Shown one piece after another: positions 11,601-22,826 of a DNA stretch of 45,815 nucleotides. Position 1 is the first letter of the stretch; the number at the start of each line of letters is the position of its first letter. The DNA is from Jimgerdemannia flammicorona (taxonomy: Eukaryota), in the NCBI GenBank assembly GCA_003990765.1, contig RBNJ01000058.1, forward strand, positions 1 through 45,815, written 5' to 3'. Below the pieces are notes generated by a model, which was given only the letters and a program-made list of their open reading frames with translations, was not told where the DNA came from and searched no databases. A program made the position numbers and the translations under genes.

Positions 11601-14600
11601 ATGAACAGTATAACCAACATTTTCTCTTTGAATGTGAATGGGTTAAGGGGATCTGGGTAGTGTAAGAACATTTTTACTTGGCTCAGGGGATTGAAGGCTG
11701 ATCTTTTTTTACTACAGGATGTATGGTGTGAGAATGAGGATAATTGAGTGGAGTAGACTAGGGAATGGGGTGGAGTTACTGTTTGGTTTGGCAAAGTAGC
11801 AATTCTGGTAAGGAAGGGTAGAGGAGACTTGGGGGGAATCAAGAGCTAGGGTAATCACTTGGTCTGGGGAGATTGGTATCAGCCAGGGTGGGAGTCAGTG
11901 AGGGTTGACTCTTGTTACTGCTCAGCAGTCAGGAGCGAGAGGACTGCATAGATTAAGGAGCTGCTGGAGGAGGGTATTCTCTTGGAGGAAGGGGTTGATG
12001 TTCTCAGTGGGGACTTTAATATGGTTCAGGATTAGCATCTAGATAGATCTGATGGAGAGAGAAATGCAGAGGAGAGAAGTGGCAGTCTAGATACATGAGA
12101 GGAGGTGAAGTATCTGAGCTCCTTAGGAGATATGGGCAGAATATAGTGGGGCAACACTAGGGTCTACACACATTGGGGGAATGGCTTGGGTACAAGGATT
12201 GACTGAATTCTGACAGCTGAGTGTTGGGGTGCAGATGTTTAGAAGACATTAGAGGTGAAATAGTGCCTGTGGTCTGATCACTGGAGACTATTAGGGCAGG
12301 GGTAGTTTGGGGGAAGTAGAGATGGACCTGGACATTGGTGCCTTAACTCCTCCCTACTGGCTGAGAAGGGGTTGTGGGACTTATGGGTGGAGAATATTCA
12401 GGCAAAGGTTTCTATCTAGAGGTAAGAGGGTTTGTCTGTGGGTGTCCATTGGATGAGATTGAAAGAGACTGTGAGGGCCTATTGGGGAGGAGCTGGTAGA
12501 GAAGCTGGGAGACAGAGGAGGAAGTGCACAAGGTGTGCTTCCAATAGGCTGAGGAGACTGCAGATAGATTGGGCAGATTTGCTTACTTCTGATGGGGTAG
12601 AGGATAGAGAGGGTGAAATTGGAAGTGATAGAACTGCAACAGGTGTTGAGAGTAAAGGAGGAGACTCATATATGAGGAATGGCTGCCAGGCTATAGTGGC
12701 AGGGGCTTGAGGAGAGTGAGCAGCCTACTAGGTACTTATCAAGACTCCTCAAAGCTAGGAGGGTGTGACATCAGTGGGATGGGGTCTTCGATGCAGAGGG
12801 GGATATGGTGTATGATATATAATAAATCTTAGGAGTTTTGAAGGAGAGATGGCAGAGTCTATGGAGTGAGGAAGAAGGGGGTGCAATTGAAGATACTCTA
12901 GAGGAGTGGGAGATGCCACAAGTAGCAGGACTGGGTGACTTGATCTTACCAGTACAAGGGGAGGAGATTCAGAGTGTCCTTGTAGCAACTAAGCTTGGGA
13001 TGGCCCTGGGGGAGGATGGGTTATCTTGGGACTTCTGGAAGAAGATAGTAAAGATCTCTGGAGTTTTGGGTGAGATGGCTGCTCTTTGTGACCATGTTCT
13101 TCTGAATGGTGAGTGGGTTGGAGAGCAGGACCTTGGGTTGGTGGCCTTATTGTACAAAGACAAAGAGAGGAGGGAAGACTGGAAGAATTGGAGACTGATC
13201 ATGCTTCTGGATATGGACAGGAAGATAGTGACTAAGGTGATTGTAGTGAGGCTGCAGAAAGTTACCCAACAGGTGCTGGGGGAGAAGCAGCAGGGCTTTG
13301 TTGGAGGCAGACTTATAAGGGATGGAACTGCATGGGTACATGGTATCATTGAAGGGGCCTGTGCTTGTGGACTGGATAGAAGGTTGGTTTTTTTGGACCA
13401 GGAGAAGGCCTATGACTGTGTACAGTAGGTTTGGCTGGGCAAGGTGTTGGATTGAATTAATGTTCCCTCATGATTTTGAGCTTCTATGTTGAATTTGTTA
13501 GAGAGCAGTCAGGTGGCACTAGTGTATAATAGTCACCAAGGGCTGGCATTCTCCTTGGGAAGAGAAGTTCCTCAGGGGGACCCTCTGTCCTCTATTCTCT
13601 ATGCCCTTTCATTAGAATCTTTGATAGATAGGATTCACTAGAAGGTGGCAGAGCTCTCTATATATGGTATAGTGTGGAAGATGGGGGTCTTTGCTGACAA
13701 TATGGTGGTTGGACTTGGGTCTGTGGTAGATGTTGAGGCACTTAAGGAGACAGTGGAATAGTATGAGACACACTCTGGGGTAAAGCTCAACTGACATAAG
13801 TGTGAGACAATAGTGCTAGAGAATAGGCTAGTGGATGGAGATGTCATTGGAACAATTGTCCCTACTAGTGAGATGGTGCGGTATCTGGGCATCTTCCTTT
13901 CTGTATATAGATCTGTCTTGTCATAAGTATGGTGGGAGAGCAGGGTGACCATTTGGGGGGAGGCTCTTAGAGGTTGGGGGGGGCCACTATATCTCTCTGG
14001 CAGGGTGGGTGTTGATTCTGAATGTCTACTGGTTCTCCAAGCTGTAGTATGTAGCCTATTACTTAGACTTCCCAGCTTGAGTGGTAAAGAGGCTAACAAA
14101 GGTGGCTAGAGATTGGATTTGGGCAGAGAGGAGGTCCCAGATCAGTTGGGATACTCTTGCAATACTGGTGGTTAGGGGAGGTCTTGGCCTTGTGGATTTC
14201 CCTAAGAGGTTATACTGCCTGTGAGCCTGGTGGTTGATGAGAGCTACTGAACTGCAGGGAGGGGGTTGGGTACCACTGCTGCAGAAGGTATGGGAGATGA
14301 GACCTCCCCTCAAGGGTCCTTGGGAGATCTGCTCTCTTTGGTAGGGCTGAATGGAATTCAATAGCTATAGTTTAAGGGCTTTTGGTGGGGGGTGATAGAT
14401 GGAGCACACCAAATTGGCCTATGCTGGTGAGGTAATGAGAGGGAGGTAATATGGGGTCCAGATATATGGTGATGGGATAGACTGCTCCTAGGGGATGCTT
14501 TGCTTGCTGAGTTTGATATTGGAGATAGAGTGGAGTGTCAGCAGGGTCTTGGCCAGAATCTTTGGCCAAGTGGCTGGCAGATGGCAGGGATCAGTGAGGA

Positions 14601-15146
14601 GTGGGACTGAGCAAGTATCTGATCATAGAGTGCTGAGGTATGGAGGTGGCTTCCTCCCAAGTTCTGAGTGGTATGGTGGAGGATTCTGCAGAGGAATGTT
14701 ATGCTGAACTTCCACACTAGACATCTGGTAGAAGGTGGACATTTCAATTGTGAGGAGTGTTATAATGTGGGGCAAGCTGGGGGATTTGTACAGATGCCAG
14801 AACATTGGCTGGGAGAGTATGAGGTTTTGAGGGACTTTTGGATAGAAGTAGAGAATAGACTGGGTGTAGAATAAAGACCAGCAGGTGTGGGAGGCTGTTG
14901 GGAGGATTTGAGATCTCAGCTAGTGGGTGGTGTAGGTGATAGTTGGCTCACTATAGGGTGGGTGTTAGTAGTGTAGGTGAGACTGGCTGGTCATTGGCTC
15001 TTTGTATTCAAGGAGGGGTCATAGATAGGGCTATAGAAGAAGGTATTATAGTGGGAGGAGTTGTTGGGAGATCTGCTGACTGGATGGTGGGTGGGTTGGG
15101 GTCCTCAGGGGGGGTGATATCATGGTCTGGTAAAAAGGATCTGTGA
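11601..15146 (+). pseudogene. LINE ORF2 (AP endonuclease + reverse transcriptase + C-terminal Cys-rich)
   Basis: MNSITNIFSLNVNGLR, FLLQD, GDFN, RID and SDH (APE); NWRLIMLLDMDRKI, QQGFVGGRLIRD, FLDQEKAYD, QGDPLS and FADN (RT); CEEC..PEH C-terminal motif. Confidence 0.9.
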
Positions 15147-15305
15147 ACAGAGTGGTAGGAGAGTAGAGATAGTATTAGACAAAGTGGCCTTTTGGCGAGT
15201 AGGGATAGGAGAGGAGAACCCCTCTAAAGGGATCAGATAGGGGGTGGGTTCAATGTATTTATCATATGAGATAGATGGGCAATAAAGAAAGGAAGTCTAA
15301 GTGAC

Positions 15306-15335
<30 letters not shown>

Positions 15336-15339
<4 letters not shown>

Positions 15340-15908
15340 AGACAGATGAAACATTCATGGACCTCATCTCCTTCAGTAATGATGAGGATGAAGCCCCCAT
15401 AGTTCTGAATATTCTACTCTAAGTCCCTTAGTTATACTGAATTATACTAGCATCCTTTTCCTGTATAACAGCTATTCTTCCACTAGTATTCTGACCTTAT
15501 ATAATTTAGAATTATTCTAGCACTATTTTTCTATATCACCAAAATTATACCAGCATCCTGAACCTATATAACCACCTGTGCTGACTCTGGAACTTAGCAG
15601 TTTTCTGTATTTCAGTATTTTTATTTGATTATTATAATTTATATTTAGCTTTATATCTTAGCAACTATTGAATTATATTTTATATAAATACTCTTCTTAT
15701 TTCCTCTAAAATAAAGTCAGTCAAGTTCACTTACACACAATCTCTTACAAGCAATCTAAAGAGATAATAAAACAGTTTAAAAATAAGAAGTTTGAGGACT
15801 ATAAGACTTGAGAAGATACTCCAATAAGAACTTACTTATAACAAACTTGAGTTAGTCTAAGAGATATATCTTGACATATTTGAAGGATTCAGTGACTACT
15901 ATATGATA
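15336..15908 (+). repeat. 3' LTR family A copy 1, right part
   Basis: Colinear with 2520-3104; ends ...TATGATA (from ...TGTGACA). Confidence 0.88.
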
Positions 15909-16235
15909 ATGTTTATAAAAAAAATTAATAAAAAAATTTGAAACTCTATAACTTTAGAAAAACCTAATATATTTTAAAAATTGTTTCATACTTTTATTTA
16001 AATTAAATATTAGAATATTAAGCTTTAGTGATTTAATATTGATTACTTTATATTATATATTGAATTGAATCAAATTTAACTTTAATTTAATTTAATTTAA
16101 ATTTTTATTAATGAGATATACTAATTTAGCAATAATTTTTTTTTTGAAATTTATATAAATATCTTTTTTTTAAGAATTGGCAATCCTTTGGTCTTCTTAG
16201 CAATTATATATATTCTATAGCTTATATATATATAT

Positions 16236-16810
16236 TATAATAGTTAATCTAAATTAGAAACAAAAAATATTTAATTATCTAAATATAATTTTCAAATTTA
16301 ATATAGTATATAGTTAGTAGTTATCTAATTTATATAATATAAAAAAATATTTTACTTATATAGAAAACTTATATAAAATAAGTCATATATATGTATAACT
16401 TAGCTACTATATAGTATAAATACTTTAGTTTTAGAATAAATAATTCTTAAATTAAAATAGTTTAAAAGTAAAGAGACAAAAGAACTAGTATATAAGCCTA
16501 TAGATAGATATATTTCAATTTTATTCATCTTTATATCTAAAGGACTCTGAGAAGTTAAAAAAGATTAAGTATTTAAGATAAAGAAATCTACTATATTTTT
16601 TTGATTATATGACTACTATGTTATAACTTAATATTTATTAGCTAATAATTTAAGATATATAAATCTCTTACTTTTAAGCTAAATAATAAATAACTGCTTT
16701 TATTTCACTCAGACTGATCTAAGATATCTAAATAAGATAAATATAAAATCACTAGTATTTTATAAATATATCTTTGATAAATTAATTATTACCTTTTTTG
16801 AAATTTTAAG
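16236..16810 (+). mobile_element. Fossil family B LTR (16236-16625) + PBS + gag start, extremely AT-converted
   Basis: Aligns with the family B LTR, PBS and gag leader, differing almost only by C>T/G>A. PBS ACTTAATATTTATTAGCTAATAATTT at 16626-16651. Confidence 0.8.
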
Positions 16811-17497
16811 TAATATTATAATAGTTCTAGTTTCTTTAAGAAAAAGTAACTAAATCTGAAAAATTCTAGTAGATCTAAAGTAGCTCAAAGAGATACTTAT
16901 AAATTTAAGTAGTCTTAAAGAATTTCTAAAGAAAAATAAGTTGAGCTTTATTGAGTAAAAAAAAAGAATATTTATAAATCTAAAAAAAAGATATAAAAGA
17001 ATCTTAAAAATAAATAAAAAATCTAAAAAAAAAAATTTCTCAGTAAAGATGACTAATAGAATTTTATAATATTATAAAGAGTTCTAAGTAATAGTTAAAA
17101 CTATAATAATGGTTTGTTATTTTTAATATATAATTATATTATAGCTTAAATATAAATTTTATTAAATTCAAATTTTAATTATTAATAATATAGTATTTAA
17201 ACTTTTGAATAATAATTTTATTTTATTTTATTTAGATAATTATACATAGATATTAATATAATTATTTTAAGTTATATTACTATTATTATAGTTTTGACCC
17301 TCACAAGTATCTAAATCTATTTGAATTTATAGTATACTATTAGATTAAGCTATAATTATCTTTACTATATATTGTTTTTAGATATTCTTTACTACTCTAT
17401 AGTGTTTTTGCTCTCAATTTTAAGCAATAAAAAGGTTTTTTATTAATATTTATAACTGTGATATAGTGAGATAGTAAAAGGGGTTTTTGCTTAATAT

Positions 17498-17986
17498 TAT
17501 AACATAGTAGATGTATAACTATATAAGTATATCAGATTTCTATATCTTGAAAACTTAATCTTCTTTGACTCTGCAGAGTCCTTGAGATGTAGAGATAAGT
17601 GAGTTTGAAGTATATCTACCCATAGACTTATTAGTTCCTTTACTTTTTCTTTACTTTGAACTATTTCAATCTGAGATTTATTTACTCTAGATACTAATAT
17701 ATTTAGATACTAGTATATTTATAAGTTTACTAGCTATAAGATGGCTAAGTTATAACTATATTTTCTATAAGTTATTTTTTATAAGTATAGATCCTCTATA
17801 TCTATAAAATCTCTATAATCATAAAGATTTTATATCTGTAGAATTTCTATATTTATAAAGTTTCTATATTTGTGAAAATATGGCTGCTCTTTATAAGACT
17901 ATACTATATTTGGGAATTAGGTTCAGATACTGTAATCAAATGTCTATTCTTCTGATTCATGTTCCTAATTCAGATCAACTATCATA
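17498..17986 (-). repeat. 3' LTR of family B copy 17498-30932
   Basis: Direct repeat of 30469-30932. Confidence 0.9.
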
Positions 17987-18261
17987 ATTTCCTCCTAAAT
18001 AGATGATTTATCCCTAAAACATTCTATTCACTTGAACTTCTAAGTCTCTACAAGCTGTATCTCCTTATACTGTATAATCTGTATCATCATATTCTTCTAA
18101 TAATATCTTCTGACTTATATAAAGTCTCCTGGAACTACTTTCTGAAAATGAGCTAGAGCTGGCTCATCCTTCTTAAATAACTTATATACTTATTTTACAA
18201 TAGTAATCTGAGTATAAGAGAGCTGGTACTCTCTGATCCAATCTTCTTTTCCCATCTCTAG

Positions 18262-18719
18262 TGTGATGGTACAGTCAAATTTGGAAGAAGAAAATAGGGA
18301 ATAGACACTTGATCGCACCCATTCCCAAAGTAGTATAGCCTTATAGTTAGCAGTCCTCGATTTTGACATTGTCTAAATTCTTAGACATTATCCAAATCGA
18401 ATACCCCAATTTAGTATAGCATTTAGATATTGTCCAAATGTTTCGATAAAGTCCAAATGACTCATTTATTACTTAGTCACCCTCTCATAGCTAGCAAACT
18501 TGTATAAATAACCCAGTATCTTCAAGTGAATAAACCTCAGATCAAAATAGTTCAAAGTAAAGAGATAGCAAAGAAACTAGTAAGCCTGTGGGTAGATATA
18601 CTTCAAACTCACCCACCCTCCCCTACAACTTCAAGAGACTCTGCGAGAGTCAGAACAGTCAAGTTTTCAAGATACAGAAATCTGACATACTTTCAAGAGT
18701 AAGCATCTGCTACATTACA
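18262..18719 (+). repeat. 5' LTR family B (458 bp)
   Basis: TGTGATGG..ATTACA; TATAAATA at 18503 and AATAAA at 18529; matches 24500-24957. Confidence 0.95.
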
Positions 18720-18839
18720 ACTTGGTGCCCATTGGCTGGTGATTCAAGACAAATCCCTCACTTTCAAGCTGAACAATGAACAACTACCACTATCCAAACA
18801 ACCATACAAACTGAGCCCCAATACCCAGACAAGATAGAT

Positions 18840-21800
18840 ATAAGACTGCCAGTATTCCATGGATATACCTCAGATAAATCAATCATCACCTTCATTGATG
18901 ATTTCGAGCAGTATACTGCTGTAAGGACTCTGACAGCAGCACAGCAAGTAGCCCTCATGCCCTTCAGTCTATGAGGCCCTGCTAGAGCAGCATTCACAGC
19001 TGCAACCCATGCAGGAAATGATGCAGATGCCATACTGACAGCACAGAAGACCTGGCTCCAAAATACATATTACACAGATGAGATCAAGCAAGCCCTAAAG
19101 GATTAGCTCAATACAATATGCCAAGGAATGAGTGAGGATCCAAACACATTCTATACCAGAATTCGATATCAGATAATCCTTGCAGATTATGCTGCTGCTA
19201 TCCGAGATCAAGTAGCTGAAACAACCTTCATAAAAGGAGTCCATCCAGAAATAGCCATGGCCATCCGCTCATCACCAGTGATTCTAGATCTGCCACAGAA
19301 GGTCACCTATGCTCAGCGATACTGGATAGCCAGACACCCATAAGACCATACAATGGAGAGAGTTACAGGAGTCAGAATTGAGGCACCCAAGGCAACCAGT
19401 GTGATCCCCACCACAATGATCAATTAAAACACACCTCAGCCAAAAGCTACAGAGCAGCAAAAGAACAGTGACCCTATAGAGGAACTCACCAAAAGGTTTG
19501 CTGAAATGACTGCCCACCTGGGAGATGTGGTAAAGGAAATCTGAGGAAGAGATCGCCACCCTGTTCAGAAGTTCGCCACCACCTCAGACAAGAAGAAAGG
19601 TACCTGCTACAGCTGCAGAGAAGAAGGCCACTACTCCTATGAATGTATGAGTGAAACTAAATGCAAGGCTCAACCAAGCAATGCCACACGAAACAAGGAG
19701 CAGGCCAATACAATCACCTTTGAAGAAATCAGAGAATCCGATGAAGAGAAATGGGAGGCCTATCCTGCTCAGACCACCAAGAAGGATGCTCGCAAAGAAC
19801 CCTACAAGAGACTGCCAGGAAGACCCAAGAAGAACCCAGTGGAAAAGCAGATGGAAACTGACACAGAAAGCCAAGCTGAAGAGATGGACCAAGATATCGA
19901 GCTGAAGCAAGCAGTTCAAGATATCATCCGAGGAACCACTCCAGCCAGTGAAGGAGAAAAAGAAAAGAAGCTTTGCAAGACCAAGACCTTCAAGTATGAT
20001 ATCTTCAAGGATCTCAGTCAATAAAAGGTCAATGCAACCTTTGGTCAGCTTGCAGAAATCCCAACATTCAGATAGCAAATGAGGTTTGGACTTGCCAAAA
20101 CAACCAAGGAACAAGGATGGAAGATAACTGAGGCCAATAATATTCAAGAGGACTCAGGAGAAGAAAGTGAGGACAATTGCAAAACCTCTGCTTACACAAC
20201 ATACCAAATCGAAGATAGAATCTTTGAAGCCATCATTGATACGGGAGCAGGAGGATGTCTCCTTAGTAAAAAGGCAGCAGACCACCTAGGTTGGGATGTA
20301 GAAGAAGCAACTAAGCTAGTATTCATCACAGCTGATGGCACAAGAGCTACACCTCTGGGAAAGATCTGAGATGTTCTCATCAAGATCGGAGGAGCAACAA
20401 TCCCAGTAGATGTAATCATAACCAATGCTACCAACTATGACATCCTCATCAGCAATCAATGGCTTCACAAAGCCAAGGCGGTAATCGATCTCAATGCTCA
20501 GAAGATGCAGATCACCTACTGGGGACAGAAGATACAAATTCCCATCAATGTCAACAAAGGAGTCCTGCCTGATATGGAGGAAGAAGAGAGTGAGCAAGAG
20601 GAAGCTTATATGGTGACTATTCCAAAGAAGAAGAAAGTCAGATGGATGAGTGAAGAAGAATGGTGCAAGAAGATCGCAGAAAGTTATGCCCCACAAGGAG
20701 TCTGTCCCCATGGAATCAAGATGTACTGTATGGAGCATGTCAATGATTGCTACCAGTGTACCATCAGAACCAAGAAGATCTACCAGGAAAGAAGGCAGAA
20801 AGCTCTCAAAAAACAGATCAGAGAAGAAGAGAAGGAGGAAGATGATGAACCACCAGCCCTCCTGAAGGACAGTGATGATGAAGAAGAAATCAAGGTCAAG
20901 ATTCGAAAGATCCACTCTGATGCAGTCTTGCCAGAATACAAGTCAGAAAATGCAGCCAGAATGGACATTGCTACAGTAGAAGAAACTGTACTGGAACCCC
21001 AGACAACCACCCTACTCACAACTGGACTGGAGATGACCATCCCAAAGAATCATGTCGGGATTCTCAAGACAAGAAGCAGCCTGGCTAGAAGTGAAATCAC
21101 AATTGAAGGAGGAGTCATTGATTCAAACTATACTGGAGAAATTCTACTCATTGCTAGGAACCACAATCCTACAATTCCATTCCCAGTCAAGAAGAAGGAC
21201 CAATTGGCACAGATGTTGATCTTCTCAATCATACAGCCAAGGATCATAGAAGTCAAGAATCTGGAGGAAATGAAAAGAGGAAAGAAAGGATTCAGATCCA
21301 CAGGAAGAGGAGTATTCGCCAGCACCAAGATCACCGTACTTGAGCATAAGAAGGAGGAAAACACAAGCAAGCACAGTTACACCATTGGAGATGAATTCCC
21401 ACTCAAGGAGGAACTCAAGAAAATACTTCACAAATTCAAGGATGTCCTTGTCACGGATTTCAAGGATATCAAGGGAAAGACCCCACACTACTATCATGAG
21501 GTAGATACCGGAGACACTGAACCAATTTATCAGAAGGCAAGACCTGTCCTGCCAGCCTACCGAGAATGGCTCAGAGAAGAAATCAAGCAGATGGAAGAAG
21601 CCGGCATCATCAAAGAAGTCAGTAGCCCCTGGTCTTTACCAGTTGTACTAGCTCTGAAAAAAGGAAGCAAACCTGGAGAATTTGCCCCAAGGCTCTGTGT
21701 CGACTACAGAAAGCTCAATGCAGTTACCAAGAAGAATCGCCAACCACTGCTGCTCATCAGTGACATCCTTATAATACTGGGAGATGAAGCAGAGTACTAC

Positions 21801-22826
21801 AGCATCTTGGACTTATACTCAGAATTTCATCAAATTGGACTCACAGAGATGGCAAGTGAAAATTCAGCCTTCATCACCCCAGATGGATCCTACATCTACC
21901 TATGAATGCCATTCGGAATGTGCAATGCACCAGCAAGCTTTCAGTGAATGATGAACAAAATCTTCCACCATGACATGGGAAGATGGATGATGGTCTATGT
22001 CGACAATATAATCATCTATAGCAAGACACCTGAGGAACATCTGCAGTACATACAGCAGATAATAGAGAGACTAAGACAATATGGCCTTTATATCAAACCC
22101 AAGAAGTGTAAGTTTGCAGAAATCAAGATCTCCTATCTTGGCCATATTATCAATCGAGATGGAACACACATAGACCCCCTCAAAATACAAGCAGTAGCAG
22201 CATACCCAAGGCCCACTACTGTCACAGAAGCCCAAGCCTTCATGGGACTTGCCTTCTACTATCGCAGATTCATTAGAGGATTCTCCAACATCACAGGTCC
22301 AATCTATGAACTCAACAAGAAGGATACCAAGTTCCAGTGAACTAGCAGACAACAAAAAGCATTTGACAAACTCAAGACCAGACTAACTCAGGCACCCATC
22401 CTCAGACAACCCAATTGGACCCAAGAATTTATCCTTCAGATGGATGCAAGTGCACAGAGACTAGAAGCAGTCCTAGCTCAAAAAGAAGACAAAAAAGAGT
22501 ATGTCATTGCATATCTTAGCCGTGGAACCCAAGGGGCTGAAAAAGAATACAAGTTCTACAAGTTGGAATGCCTTGCAGTCATCTGGGCTGTGGAAAAGTT
22601 CCACTACTATCTGGCCAGAAGACACTTCACCATCCAGATGGACCACTCAGCTCTCACCTGGCTACTGACAACTGGACAACCCAAGGGAATCTATGCCAGA
22701 TAGATAATGAAGTTACAAGCCTATAATGTAACCATCGTACACTGCCCTGGAAGAACAAATTCCAATGCAGATGCTCTCTCACGGATACCTCGAACTACCT
22801 TCAACCAACAAATCAATCATGAATAA
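18840..22826 (+). pseudogene. gag-pol: gag-pol frame: capsid, CCHC knuckle, protease, Cys/His module, dUTPase, RT, RNase H
   Basis: ORFs 19128, 19647, 20079, 20505, 21948 and 22440 share one frame. Motifs: CYSCREEGHYSYEC, AIIDTGAG, RLCVDYRKLN, YVDN, FILQMDAS, DHSAL, NADALSR. Confidence 0.93.
20895..21305 (+). pseudogene. dut: Trimeric dUTPase domain between protease and RT
   Basis: AARMD (motif 1), KTRSSL (motif 2), GGVIDSNYTGE (motif 3), LAQML (motif 4), RGKKGFRSTG (motif 5). Confidence 0.93.

Larger units (their letters stand above)
9518..15337 (+). mobile_element. Full-length non-LTR retrotransposon (L1/Tx1-like LINE), degenerate
   Basis: G-rich plus strand; ORF1-like region ~9549-11569; ORF2 with APE and RT motifs; AATAAA at 15281; poly(A) at 15309-15337; interrupts the family A LTR. 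Confidence 0.9.
1556..15908 (+). mobile_element. Ty3/gypsy-type LTR retrotransposon, family A copy 1 (3' LTR interrupted by a LINE)
   Basis: LTRs 1556-3104 and 8652-9517+15336-15908; PBS-like tract after the 5' LTR; PPT CAGGAGGAAG at 8641-8650; PR-dUTPase-RT-RH-IN order; flanks ATAT / ATGT fit a 4-bp TSD with one transition. Confidence 0.92.

Noticed and set aside
18362-18460. CRISPR-like array
   Set aside because: Short degenerate tandem units inside an LTR, with no unique spacers and no cas genes; the context is eukaryotic.
18723-18745. Assigning the PBS to tRNA-Gly
   Set aside because: It resembles the complement of a tRNA-Gly 3' end only with gaps; host tRNA sequences are needed.
19584-20915. 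Long hydrophobic minus-strand ORFs (187 and 199 aa) as env or membrane proteins
   Set aside because: Antisense shadows of the A/G-rich gag-pol; not preserved as open frames in sister copies.
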